Virus record (IMG/VR): IMGVR_UViG_3300032224_001591
Coordinates: 1-64,000 of that record
Strand: one strand, 5' to 3'
Source of the DNA: a virus
DNA: 64,000 bases
Of the stretch, positions 44,702 through 53,940 are shown in pieces. Within the stretch, counting starts at the first letter, position 1. Every line of letters begins with the position of its first letter. A program made the translations under genes and the position numbers. The notes under the pieces were generated by a model that saw only the letters and a program-made list of their open reading frames with translations, made no database searches and had not been told where the DNA came from.

Positions 44702-46597
44702 ATGGCTGATACAAGTATTTTTACCAGATTGCAGAGACTGTTTTCAACAGATGTAATCATTCGTAATGATGGCGGAGATCAACTGAAAGTAATGGATACT
44801 AACACTATTCAACAATCAGGAGAATTTGCTACAAACGCACTAGTAGATAGATTTAACCGAATTTATTCGATTAATGCTACCTCAATGTATGGTGCTCAAT
44901 TTAACTTAAATTATCGTTATTTAAGAACCCAAATCTACTCAGACTACGATATCATGGATACAGATGCTATTATTGCTTCTGCCTTGGATATTCTGTCCGA
45001 AGAATCGACTCTTAAAAATGACATGGGTGAAGTACTTCAAATTAGAAGTAATAACGAAGATATTCAAAAATCATTATATAATTTATTCTATGATGTAATT
45101 AATATTGAATTTAATTTAAGTTGGTGGATTAGACAACTATGCAAATATGGTGATTTTTTCTTAAAATTAGATATTTCTGAAAAATTTGGTGTTTATAATG
45201 TTATTCCAATAACACCATATCATATTGAAAGAGAAGAAGGATATGATAAAGACAATCCATTCTCAGTTAAATTTAAATATTCCCCTCAAGGATTTTATTC
45301 TGGCACTTCAGGTTATTATAGTGTAGCAGGAACGGATCCTAAAGATACACCAGGTATCTATTTTGATAATTATGAAATGGCACATTTCCGTTTATTATCA
45401 GATTTTAACTATTTACCTTATGGTAGATCTTATATTGAACCAGCTCGCCGTTTGTATAAACAATATGCGTTGATGGAAGATGCAATGTTGATCCATCGTA
45501 TTGTTCGTTCCCCAGACAAACGTATTTTCTATTTAAATGTTGGTTCTATACCTCCCAATGAAGTAGAAAACTTCATGCAAAAAACTATTTCTACAATGAA
45601 ACGTACTCCGTTCATTGATCAAGAAACGGGACAATATAATTTAAAATATAACGTACAAAATCTATTAGAGGATTATTTTATACCTGTTCGTAATGGTGAC
45701 CAAGTAACTAAAATTGATACTTTACCTGGTTTACAATATACAGCTATTGAGGATGTTACTTACTTAAGAGATAAACTATTTGCTGCTTTAAAAGTACCTA
45801 AAGCATTTATGGGTTATGAAAAAGACTTAACTGGTAAAGCAACACTAGCAGCTGAAGACATCAGATTTGCTCGTACAATTGATAAAATTCAACGTATTGT
45901 ATTATCCGAATTATATAAAATAGCATTAGTACATTTATATACCCAAGGTTATACCTCAGAACAATTAACTAATTTTGAATTAAACTTAACTACACCTTCA
46001 ATCATATACGATCAAGAAAAGATTGCATTATTGACACAAAAAGTAGAATTAGCTCAAAAGATAATGGAATCTAAATTATTACCTACAGATTGGATTTACG
46101 ATAACATATTCCATTTATCACAAGACCAATACGATGAATATCGTGATATGACTGTTGAGGATGCTAAACGTGATTTCCGTATAAAACAAATTACTGATGA
46201 AGGTAATGATCCTAAAGTAACAGGTAAATCTTATGGTACACCTCATGATTTAGCTTTAGCATATGGTAAAGGCAGAATGGGAAGTAATCCTGAAAACGTA
46301 CCTGATGGATACGATAGTGATTTAAAATTAGGTCGTCCTGAAGAAACAGGAACTGATCGTAACCATCAAGATAATGCGTTTGGTAAAGATAGATTAGGCA
46401 CAGTAGCTATGAAAAAAGATGACCAAGAAAAATACGGTAATCCAAATTATAAAGGTGGTTCACCACTAGCTCTTGAAACAGCTCAAGCCGTTTACGCAAA
46501 AAATAAAACATTAATTGAGAGTTTAGGTAAAGCTCCGTTGTTTACCAAAGAAATAGACAATACTACGCTTCTAAACGAAGATCAATTAAAGGGGTAA
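44702..46597 (+). CDS. Portal protein (gp20-like)
   Basis: LMEDAMLIHRIVRSPDKRIFY, EDYFIPVR, KIDTLPG, LFAALKVP. Confidence 0.95.
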   Translation: MADTSIFTRLQRLFSTDVIIRNDGGDQLKVMDTNTIQQSGEFATNALVDRFNRIYSINATSMYGAQFNLNYRYLRTQIYSDYDIMDTDAIIASALDILSEESTLKNDMGEVLQIRSNNEDIQKSLYNLFYDVINIEFNLSWWIRQLCKYGDFFLKLDISEKFGVYNVIPITPYHIEREEGYDKDNPFSVKFKYSPQGFYSGTSGYYSVAGTDPKDTPGIYFDNYEMAHFRLLSDFNYLPYGRSYIEPARRLYKQYALMEDAMLIHRIVRSPDKRIFYLNVGSIPPNEVENFMQKTISTMKRTPFIDQETGQYNLKYNVQNLLEDYFIPVRNGDQVTKIDTLPGLQYTAIEDVTYLRDKLFAALKVPKAFMGYEKDLTGKATLAAEDIRFARTIDKIQRIVLSELYKIALVHLYTQGYTSEQLTNFELNLTTPSIIYDQEKIALLTQKVELAQKIMESKLLPTDWIYDNIFHLSQDQYDEYRDMTVEDAKRDFRIKQITDEGNDPKVTGKSYGTPHDLALAYGKGRMGSNPENVPDGYDSDLKLGRPEETGTDRNHQDNAFGKDRLGTVAMKKDDQEKYGNPNYKGGSPLALETAQAVYAKNKTLIESLGKAPLFTKEIDNTTLLNEDQLKG

Positions 46598-46630
46598 TAA
46601 TTTTTATATATTTATAACAAAAACTAGAGA

Positions 46631-47491
46631 ATGAATATTAAACATTCTAAATATAAGAATACGGGTATACTTTTTGAATTATTAGTTAGACAGATCACAG
46701 CGGATACTTTATCCGGTAAAGAATCAAAAGCTACCCCTATTCTTAAAAAATTCTTTGTTAAAACGGAGTTAGGCAAAGAATATAAACTATATGAAACTAT
46801 TTTAAGTAAAAAGCATTTATCGGAAGGTAAAGCTGAGATAGTTATCAACACTATAATCGAATCATCTAAGTCATTAAATAAAGGATCTTTAAAAAGACAA
46901 AAATACAATCTTATTAAAGAAATATCTAAACATTACAATGTTGATGAATTCTTTAAAACTAAATTACCTAACTATAAGGCACAAGCAGCTTTATATACAT
47001 TGTTAGAAATTTATAATAGTGATAATTTATCTAACCCAGACCAAATAATTGCAAATAAAATATCTTTACTTGAAACATTAACCAATAAACAAGTTGATGA
47101 AAAACAAGTTAAAGATCAATTATTAGAAGAATTTAAAACATACGATCAAGATTTACGTATTTTAACTTACCGTGTATTATTAGAAAAATTTAATGGTAAA
47201 TACTCTAGTTTAAACAAAAATCAAAAAATGGTTCTTAAAGAGTTTATCAATTCAATTGATTCTACTCCTAAATTAAGATCATTTTACAATACTAAAATTA
47301 ACGAAATTAAATCATCATTACTTAGTCTAAACAATAAAGTAGCTGATAAAGCAGTTAAAATCAAAATCAACGAAGTATCGAATTTCTTAGTTGAATTAGG
47401 AAAAACAGCAAATGTGGGTAATGATGATTTAGTTAATTTGTTACAATATTATGAATTATTAGAAGAACTTACTAATATACATGGCAAGTAA
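46631..47491 (+). CDS. Head-module helical protein
   Basis: Between portal and protease; KHSKYKNTGILFELL. Confidence 0.65.
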   Translation: MNIKHSKYKNTGILFELLVRQITADTLSGKESKATPILKKFFVKTELGKEYKLYETILSKKHLSEGKAEIVINTIIESSKSLNKGSLKRQKYNLIKEISKHYNVDEFFKTKLPNYKAQAALYTLLEIYNSDNLSNPDQIIANKISLLETLTNKQVDEKQVKDQLLEEFKTYDQDLRILTYRVLLEKFNGKYSSLNKNQKMVLKEFINSIDSTPKLRSFYNTKINEIKSSLLSLNNKVADKAVKIKINEVSNFLVELGKTANVGNDDLVNLLQYYELLEELTNIHGK

Positions 47492-48113
47492 TAAACAATT
47501 AGCAGATAAATTAGCTAAAAAACTTAAAGAAGTAAGTGCAACGGGTACAGGCGCAAGTTTTACTCCGGGTAGTGGCGAACAAGTTGCTACTCCTTTTGCC
47601 TTTAACTCAAATAAAAAAGCTAATGGATCTCAAGGCGCTAAATATTCATACAAATTAGGATATAAATTAGCACCTAAACAACCTATGGAAGAAACTAATC
47701 CAGGAGCATCACTAGGTAAAGGACCATCAGCTGGAAAAACAGGTGTAAAAAATAGCTATTACACTAAATTAGGATTTAAAAATGTTAATCCAAAAGAATT
47801 AGCTAAAAATGCTAAATGGGTTGATACAAAATATTTATGGAAGGAAGATCAAACATTATCTGAAGATACTAATGTTGAAGAATATATTAATACATTAGGT
47901 ATTGATAGTCCTGAATTAAAAAAATTTATCTCTAGTCGTATTTTAGGATTCGATAAAGTAGAAGATAAATTAAACGAATTACTTCCATTGTTACAAAAAG
48001 CAAAGCAAAAAACAATGGATGAATATAAACAAAATCCAAGTTTTAATGTGTTGTATGGTACAGACCTAGCAGCGGATTATTTGGATGATTTAATTGAAAT
48101 GTTTAAAAACTAA
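47481..48113 (+). CDS. Head protein carrying a copy of the capsid N-terminal arm
   Basis: EVSATGTGASFTPGSGEQVA matches MCP EVSSTGTGAFFTPGQGEQWA. Confidence 0.7.
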   Translation: MASNKQLADKLAKKLKEVSATGTGASFTPGSGEQVATPFAFNSNKKANGSQGAKYSYKLGYKLAPKQPMEETNPGASLGKGPSAGKTGVKNSYYTKLGFKNVNPKELAKNAKWVDTKYLWKEDQTLSEDTNVEEYINTLGIDSPELKKFISSRILGFDKVEDKLNELLPLLQKAKQKTMDEYKQNPSFNVLYGTDLAADYLDDLIEMFKN

Positions 48114-48118
48114 ATAAA

Positions 48119-48385
48119 ATGGCAAACATACCAGTAAATGCAACCGCAATAACAAAATTCCAAGGACAATCTGTAACAGGATCTTTTGCAGGATTTGTTG
48201 TGTGCCCTAACACATCAACTTCTCCTCAAGGAACAGTAGCTCATTTCCATGGTTTAAAAGATGGAAATGGAAACGAATTAGTAGTATCCGCTTCTTCTTT
48301 ATATTTTTTACCAGGATATTATCCAATATTTGTAACTAGTGCTTCTTTAGATGCTACAAGTAACAATGTAATATTTTTTACTTAA
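48119..48385 (+). CDS. Small beta-rich head protein
   Basis: Located in the head operon; TGS/SAS motifs. Confidence 0.6.
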   Translation: MANIPVNATAITKFQGQSVTGSFAGFVVCPNTSTSPQGTVAHFHGLKDGNGNELVVSASSLYFLPGYYPIFVTSASLDATSNNVIFFT

Positions 48386-48399
48386 AAAAACAATATACA

Positions 48400-48987
48400 A
48401 TGGCAACATTACAAGACCAATATAATCAAATTCAAGAAGGTAAAGGTGATAAAAACCACTTCTTAAAACAAGCACGTCATTTATTTCCTGATTACGTTAA
48501 TCACTATAATAATTTTGACGAAACTGTTAAAATTTTAAAAGGTAAAAGTATTTTATCTGAACATAGAGGTGGTTTAGGTATGGTATCTACAAACGGTAAA
48601 CGTGTTGAAGATTGGATTACTATATTTCAAGAAGCAGTTAAAGCAACAGAAACAAAAGTATCTAAAGAAGTATTAGATACTCAAGCTCATAATTGGGATA
48701 CTAAAGATATGAAAGAAATTGACAATTTATATGGTCAAGCTTTTTTAAATGGATTTTATGATGAGATGAAAGATCCTAAAAATCAAGATAAAACAGTAGA
48801 TCAAGTAAAACAACTTGTAGCTAAAAATTTAGGTAAAGATATATTATATTATACTACTAAAGCTCAATTCGGTGTTAAAGGTATTGGATATCAAACAGAA
48901 GCACCAGGTTTAGGTACTCCTAAAGAACCAAAAGGAAAATATAAAGCAAGTGGATACGGTGATTTACCTAAAAATAAAAAAGACTAA
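48400..48987 (+). CDS. Head-module hypothetical protein
   Basis: Coupled to the prohead protease gene. Confidence 0.65.
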   Translation: MATLQDQYNQIQEGKGDKNHFLKQARHLFPDYVNHYNNFDETVKILKGKSILSEHRGGLGMVSTNGKRVEDWITIFQEAVKATETKVSKEVLDTQAHNWDTKDMKEIDNLYGQAFLNGFYDEMKDPKNQDKTVDQVKQLVAKNLGKDILYYTTKAQFGVKGIGYQTEAPGLGTPKEPKGKYKASGYGDLPKNKKD

Positions 48988-49589
48988 TGAAACAAGTATT
49001 AATCGAAACCATACCATTTAGCGTTTCACCAATACAATTACATGAAGGTGTTAAAGCACCATCAGGTAATCCTTTGGTTGAAGGTATTTTAGCTACAGCT
49101 GAAGTAAAAAACGGTAATGGTAGATATTATTCTAAAGATTTATGGGAACGCGAAATAGACAAATATATGTCTAGCGTTAAAGAAAACAGAGCAACAGGCG
49201 AATTAGACCACCCAGATTCAACTATTATTTCCCTTAAAAATGTATCTCATATTATTAGAGATATTTGGTGGAATGGAGATAAAGTAATGGGTAAAATAGA
49301 AATCTTACCAACTGTATCAGGTAATATCTTAAAAGCACTTATTGACAATAATGTAATGGTAGGTGTATCATCTCGTGGTATGGGTAGTTTAAAACAAATA
49401 GGCGAAACCATGGAAGTACAAGATGATTTTGAATTACTATGTTGGGATTTCGTTTCAACACCTTCTAATCCAGGTTCATATATGAATGTTATTAAAGAAG
49501 GAAAAGAATTTAAACCATACCCATACAATAAAGTAAATAGTTTATTAACAGAAATTTTATGTGCTAATGGCACTTGTCCAATAATATAG
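48987..49589 (+). CDS. Prohead core protease (gp21-like)
   Basis: NGNGRYY, GELDHP, VSH, GVSSRGMGS, DFVSTPS. Confidence 0.95.
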   Translation: MKQVLIETIPFSVSPIQLHEGVKAPSGNPLVEGILATAEVKNGNGRYYSKDLWEREIDKYMSSVKENRATGELDHPDSTIISLKNVSHIIRDIWWNGDKVMGKIEILPTVSGNILKALIDNNVMVGVSSRGMGSLKQIGETMEVQDDFELLCWDFVSTPSNPGSYMNVIKEGKEFKPYPYNKVNSLLTEILCANGTCPII

Positions 49590-49623
49590 GCAATACCCCC
49601 TCCTTCGATAGTATCGTAGGACC

Positions 49624-49657
49624 AATCCTAGCCCCGTAAGGCTAGGATTTTTTTTTT
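49624..49657 (+). terminator. Intrinsic terminator
   Basis: AATCCTAGCC-CCGTAA-GGCTAGGATT followed by a long T run. Confidence 0.85.
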
Positions 49658-49794
49658 AATCCTGTTGCGTTTTGAAGAATCCTAATATATGTATATTGGA
49701 ATATGCGATTATCTATATCGCATTTATTTAATCAATTCTATTACGCTTCCACATCTAATAAGCGTACTTCCAAAACAAAAATTTGAGGAAAATT

Positions 49795-50925
49795 ATGGCA
49801 AACAGAGACATTCTGAAAGAAGCTATTGCTGACGCTAAATCAATTAAAGAAGCAGCAATCGCAAACGCAAAAGTCGCTCTAGAAGAAGCCTTTACTCCGT
49901 ATCTAAAAGAAAAATTATCAGCTAAATTAGCTGAAATTGACGCTATGGACGAAGAAATGGATGAATCAAAAGAGATGGACGAAGCTGAAATTGACGAGTA
50001 TGGTGATGAACACCCAATGTCGACAAAAGACGCTTTAAAAGAAAAATCTATGGACGAAGAAATGGATGAAACCATGGACGAAGAAATGGACGAAATGAAA
50101 AAATCTATGGACGAAATGGACTTAGATGAGTTATTAAGAGAATTAGAAGACATGGAAGAAAACATGGACGAAGTAATCAACGATCCTAAAGGTCCAGGTG
50201 CTCACGGTAACGTTGCTCCTCCAGGACAATCTGACACTGACTTAAACGAAGCTAAAGAAGGCGACGAAGAAGAAGACGTTGAAATCGACATCGAAAACAT
50301 GTCTGAAGAAGATCTTAAATCATTTATTGAAGGCGTTATCGCTGACATGGTTGCGGCTGGCGAATTAGAAGCTGGTCACGAAGGTATGGAAGACGAAGAA
50401 GGCGCTGAAGATGAAGAAAGTGAAGAAGAAGTTTCATTAGACGAACTTATGGACGAAATGGAAGAAGGCTCAGGCTACGATGAAATGGCTAAAAATCAAG
50501 CAATGAAAAACTCTCATTACGAAAAAATGAAAGAAGAAATGGACGAAATGAAGAAAGAACTTGAAGAAGCTTATGAGGCTTTAAATAAAGTTAAATCTGA
50601 AATTAACGAAGTTAATCTTTTAAATTCTAAACTTCTTTACTTAAACAAAGTGTTTAAAGCTAAAAACTTAACTGAATCACAAAAAGTTAAAGTATTAGCT
50701 GCTTTTGACAAAGCAACAAGTAAAAAAGAAGCAAAATTAGTTTACGAAACAGTAATGGAAAGTTTAAACAACACAAACACTACAAAACGTCCAGTAACTG
50801 AATCCGTAAGAGGTATGGCTTCTAAAGTTATAAGCGGTACTACTAATAATAGTACAAAACAACCAATTATTGAAGTTAATGCTGCTTTCGAAAGAATGCA
50901 AAAATTAGCTGGAATTAAAAAGTAA
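49795..50925 (+). CDS. Prohead scaffold protein (gp22-like)
   Basis: Immediately upstream of MCP; very acidic MDEE repeats; EVNLLNSKLLY; ends FERMQKLAGIKK. Confidence 0.85.
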   Translation: MANRDILKEAIADAKSIKEAAIANAKVALEEAFTPYLKEKLSAKLAEIDAMDEEMDESKEMDEAEIDEYGDEHPMSTKDALKEKSMDEEMDETMDEEMDEMKKSMDEMDLDELLRELEDMEENMDEVINDPKGPGAHGNVAPPGQSDTDLNEAKEGDEEEDVEIDIENMSEEDLKSFIEGVIADMVAAGELEAGHEGMEDEEGAEDEESEEEVSLDELMDEMEEGSGYDEMAKNQAMKNSHYEKMKEEMDEMKKELEEAYEALNKVKSEINEVNLLNSKLLYLNKVFKAKNLTESQKVKVLAAFDKATSKKEAKLVYETVMESLNNTNTTKRPVTESVRGMASKVISGTTNNSTKQPIIEVNAAFERMQKLAGIKK

Positions 50926-50961
50926 ATTTAAACAATTAAAAAACAACTAAAAACTAAAACG

Positions 50962-52689
50962 ATGAGTCAAATTCAATCATTATTAGAATCTGCTAACCCA
51001 TACAAATCGTTACAAAGCGATGCAGCTAAATTAGCTAGCAAATGGGCAAAAACAGGCCTTTTAGAAGGCTTAGACGAGACAAACAGAAATAACATGTCTC
51101 TTATGCTTGAAAATCAAGCAAAACAATTAGTAAGCGAGGTATCATCTACTGGTACAGGTGCTTTCTTTACTCCAGGACAAGGTGAACAATGGGCTGGTAT
51201 CGCTTTACCGTTAGTACGTAAAGTGTTCGGTCAAATCGCATCTAAAGAATTCGTAAGCGTTCAACCGATGAACTTACCTTCTGGTCTTGTGTTCTTCTTA
51301 GATTTCCAATATGGAACTGGAAAGAATCCATTCGCAGTTAACAGTTCAGTTTATGGTACTACTGGTTCTCAGTATCCATTTGCTACTCCATCTGCATCTG
51401 GTGGTCTTTATGGCGCTGGTCGTTTCACGTATTCTACCAACCAATTTAGTGCTTCTGTTAATTTAACAGGTTCGGTTTCAGGTTCAGCATTACCTGCTAA
51501 CGTTGCAGCTAGTACAGCTACAGTAGTTACAGCTTCTTGGTCTAACTTGAACTTTGATTCTGATTACTCTGCTTCAGTTGCAGCAAATCAAATCTATGCA
51601 GTTACTGTTCCAACAGCTTCTACTGCTTTATCTGCATTTGACCAAGACGCAGTTCGTGGTTTTACTACTTACTACTCTGTAGGTACAGGCGTTACTGGTG
51701 CTACATTTGGTACAGGTTCAATTTTACCTGCATTTACCACTTATAACTACACTGCTAACACAATCACTTTCTACTACACTGCTTCTACAGCAATTACTGC
51801 AGCTAACCTTTCTGGTTCAATGACTATCTTCTATAATAAACAAACTGACGATAACCGTCGTGGTGATTTTGAAGATTCTACAGCAACTACGTTCTCTATT
51901 CCGAATGCGCAAAGTACTAGTACTATCGTAATTCCTGAGATCAACATCAGTATGCAATCACAAGAAATTACAGCTAAAACTAAAAAATTAAAAGCTGTAT
52001 GGACTCCTGAGTTTGCACAAGATTTGAATGCTTACCAAAATATCGATGCTGAAGCTGAATTAACTAACATGTTAAGCGAGTATATCTCTATGGAGATTGA
52101 TCTTGAAATCTTAGATATGTTGATTGAAGACGCTGCAGCTGGTACTGAATACTGGTCAGCAATCAATAACAACGTTTATAACGGTTCAACAGGTGCTTTC
52201 TCAACTGGTGGTTCTGCTTTCTATAACACTCAAGGACAATGGTTCCAAACTTTAGGAACAAAAATCCAAAAATTAAGCAATAAAATTCACCAATTAACTT
52301 TAAGAGGTGGTGCTAATTTCATGGTAATTTCTCCTACAGTAGCAACTATCATCGAATCTATCCCTGGATTTGCTTCTAACAACAATGGCGAAGCTGATCA
52401 AATGGAATACGCTTTCGGTGTACAAAAAGTTGGTTCATTCAATGGTCGTTACAAAGTTTACAAAAACCCTTACATGACTGAAAACACTATCTTATTAGGA
52501 TACCGTGGTACTCAGTTCTTGGAAGCAGGTGCTGTATTCGCTCCGTACATTCCGTTGATCATGACTCCATTAGTGTACGATCCAAATACCTTCACTCCAC
52601 GTAAAGGTCTATTAACTCGTTACGCTAAGAAAATGTTACGTCCTGAATTCTACGCTAAGATCTATGTTAATGGTTTAAATACCCTTTAA
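50962..52689 (+). CDS. Major capsid protein (gp23-like)
   Basis: KW..TGLLEG, LENQ, VSVQPMNLPSGLVFFLDF, KKLKAVWTPE.AQDL.AY, APYIPL, PRKGLLTRY. Confidence 0.97.
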   Translation: MSQIQSLLESANPYKSLQSDAAKLASKWAKTGLLEGLDETNRNNMSLMLENQAKQLVSEVSSTGTGAFFTPGQGEQWAGIALPLVRKVFGQIASKEFVSVQPMNLPSGLVFFLDFQYGTGKNPFAVNSSVYGTTGSQYPFATPSASGGLYGAGRFTYSTNQFSASVNLTGSVSGSALPANVAASTATVVTASWSNLNFDSDYSASVAANQIYAVTVPTASTALSAFDQDAVRGFTTYYSVGTGVTGATFGTGSILPAFTTYNYTANTITFYYTASTAITAANLSGSMTIFYNKQTDDNRRGDFEDSTATTFSIPNAQSTSTIVIPEINISMQSQEITAKTKKLKAVWTPEFAQDLNAYQNIDAEAELTNMLSEYISMEIDLEILDMLIEDAAAGTEYWSAINNNVYNGSTGAFSTGGSAFYNTQGQWFQTLGTKIQKLSNKIHQLTLRGGANFMVISPTVATIIESIPGFASNNNGEADQMEYAFGVQKVGSFNGRYKVYKNPYMTENTILLGYRGTQFLEAGAVFAPYIPLIMTPLVYDPNTFTPRKGLLTRYAKKMLRPEFYAKIYVNGLNTL

Positions 52690-52710
52690 TCTAGAATAGA
52701 ATAGATAAAT

Positions 52711-52739
52711 AAAGACCCGGGCTTTTGCCCGGGTTTTTT
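52711..52739 (+). terminator. Intrinsic terminator after MCP
   Basis: AAAGACCCGGGC-TTTT-GCCCGGGTTTTT. Confidence 0.9.
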
Positions 52740-52782
52740 ATTTTTATTTTTAATATTTATACGAAACAAACGTTATAACAAT

Positions 52783-53442
52783 ATGCAAAAACCAAATAGG
52801 GAACGCAAAGGTGAAATAAAGGCAATTAGTAATGTTCAATTAAATGAAGAACAAAAAGAGGCAAAACGATTAATAATAGAAAATCAAATTGTTATAATAA
52901 CAGGTAGAGCAGGTTCAGGTAAATCATTAGTAGGAGCACAAGCCGGTCTAGAATTTTTATTAAAAAAACAAATTTCCCATTTATTCGTAACACGTGCAAC
53001 AATTGAAGTAGGCAAAACATTAGGATATTTGCCAGGCGATTTAGGCGATAAATTCAATCCGTACATTGAAGCGTTACAGGAAAATTTAGCTAAATGTTAT
53101 GATCCCGTTAAAGTAGATGAACTTATAACTAACGGTAAAATTAAAGCATTACCAATTCAGTTTATTAGAGGTAAAACAGTAGATGATGTTTTGATTGTAG
53201 AAGAAGCACAAAACATAACTAAACATGAAATGTTAGCTATTCTTACACGTTTAGGTAAAACCGGTAAAATTATAATAAACGGCGATTTAGAACAAAGCGA
53301 TATTAAAACCGGTGAAGCTAATGGGTTAGCATACGCTATTGAATTATCTAAAAAAATAGAAGATATTAAGTGGATTAAACTTAAAGAAAATCACCGTTCA
53401 GATCTAGTAGGAAAAATATTAGACTACGAATACAACAAATAA
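52783..53442 (+). CDS. phoH: PhoH-family ATPase
   Basis: GRAGSGKS, LGYLPGD, FIRGKT, EEAQN, ILTRLG, GDLEQSD, HRS. Confidence 0.92.
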   Translation: MQKPNRERKGEIKAISNVQLNEEQKEAKRLIIENQIVIITGRAGSGKSLVGAQAGLEFLLKKQISHLFVTRATIEVGKTLGYLPGDLGDKFNPYIEALQENLAKCYDPVKVDELITNGKIKALPIQFIRGKTVDDVLIVEEAQNITKHEMLAILTRLGKTGKIIINGDLEQSDIKTGEANGLAYAIELSKKIEDIKWIKLKENHRSDLVGKILDYEYNK

Positions 53443-53460
53443 TTTACATATTTATTTTAC

Positions 53461-53488
53461 AGGGACTCTGAATTAGGGTCCCTTTTTT
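53461..53488 (+). terminator. Intrinsic terminator
   Basis: AGGGACTCT-GAATT-AGGGTCCCT followed by a T run. Confidence 0.8.
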
Positions 53489-53508
53489 AATATTTATGAA
53501 TAAAACCA

Positions 53509-53934
53509 ATGGCGGATTTTAATTTACAAATATTAGAAAAAATAACAATAAACAATGTTGTTAGGGATGTATATACAACTCAAACAATCACTGGTATAAA
53601 TTTTATTGATAATAGAATATTAACTACCCCAACCGGATCTACTACTACAATATTCTCATTTGGTTCAGCTAATAATGCAGGAACTTTTATTACAAGTAGC
53701 TTTCAATATGGTAGAATAACTAATCAATCAGATACTATTCCTCTTAAACTTATTGTTTCATCATCAAATGAAGCTATGAGTTATTTAGTAAATCCTTCTA
53801 GTACATTTATGTTAACTACTACTAAAATGACAGGAAGTACTAATCTAGGAACATTTAATGATATAGTATCCGTAAAAGTAATCCCATCAGGAAGTGCAAG
53901 TGTTAATGTAGAATATTTTATAGCAACAACTTAA
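53509..53934 (+). CDS. Virion structural protein
   Basis: Beta-rich, S/T-rich, upstream of the neck genes. Confidence 0.6.
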   Translation: MADFNLQILEKITINNVVRDVYTTQTITGINFIDNRILTTPTGSTTTIFSFGSANNAGTFITSSFQYGRITNQSDTIPLKLIVSSSNEAMSYLVNPSSTFMLTTTKMTGSTNLGTFNDIVSVKVIPSGSASVNVEYFIATT

Positions 53935-53940
53935 TAAAAT

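Noticed and set aside
49940-50130. ATGGACGAAGAA nucleotide repeats as a regulatory array
   Set aside because: They encode the acidic MDEE repeats of the scaffold, consistent with protease-sensitive low-complexity sequence
43106-52689. Introns or inteins in terminase, portal or capsid genes
   Set aside because: ORFs are uninterrupted and of expected size, with no intein-like C...HN motifs; the MCP insert is not intein-like
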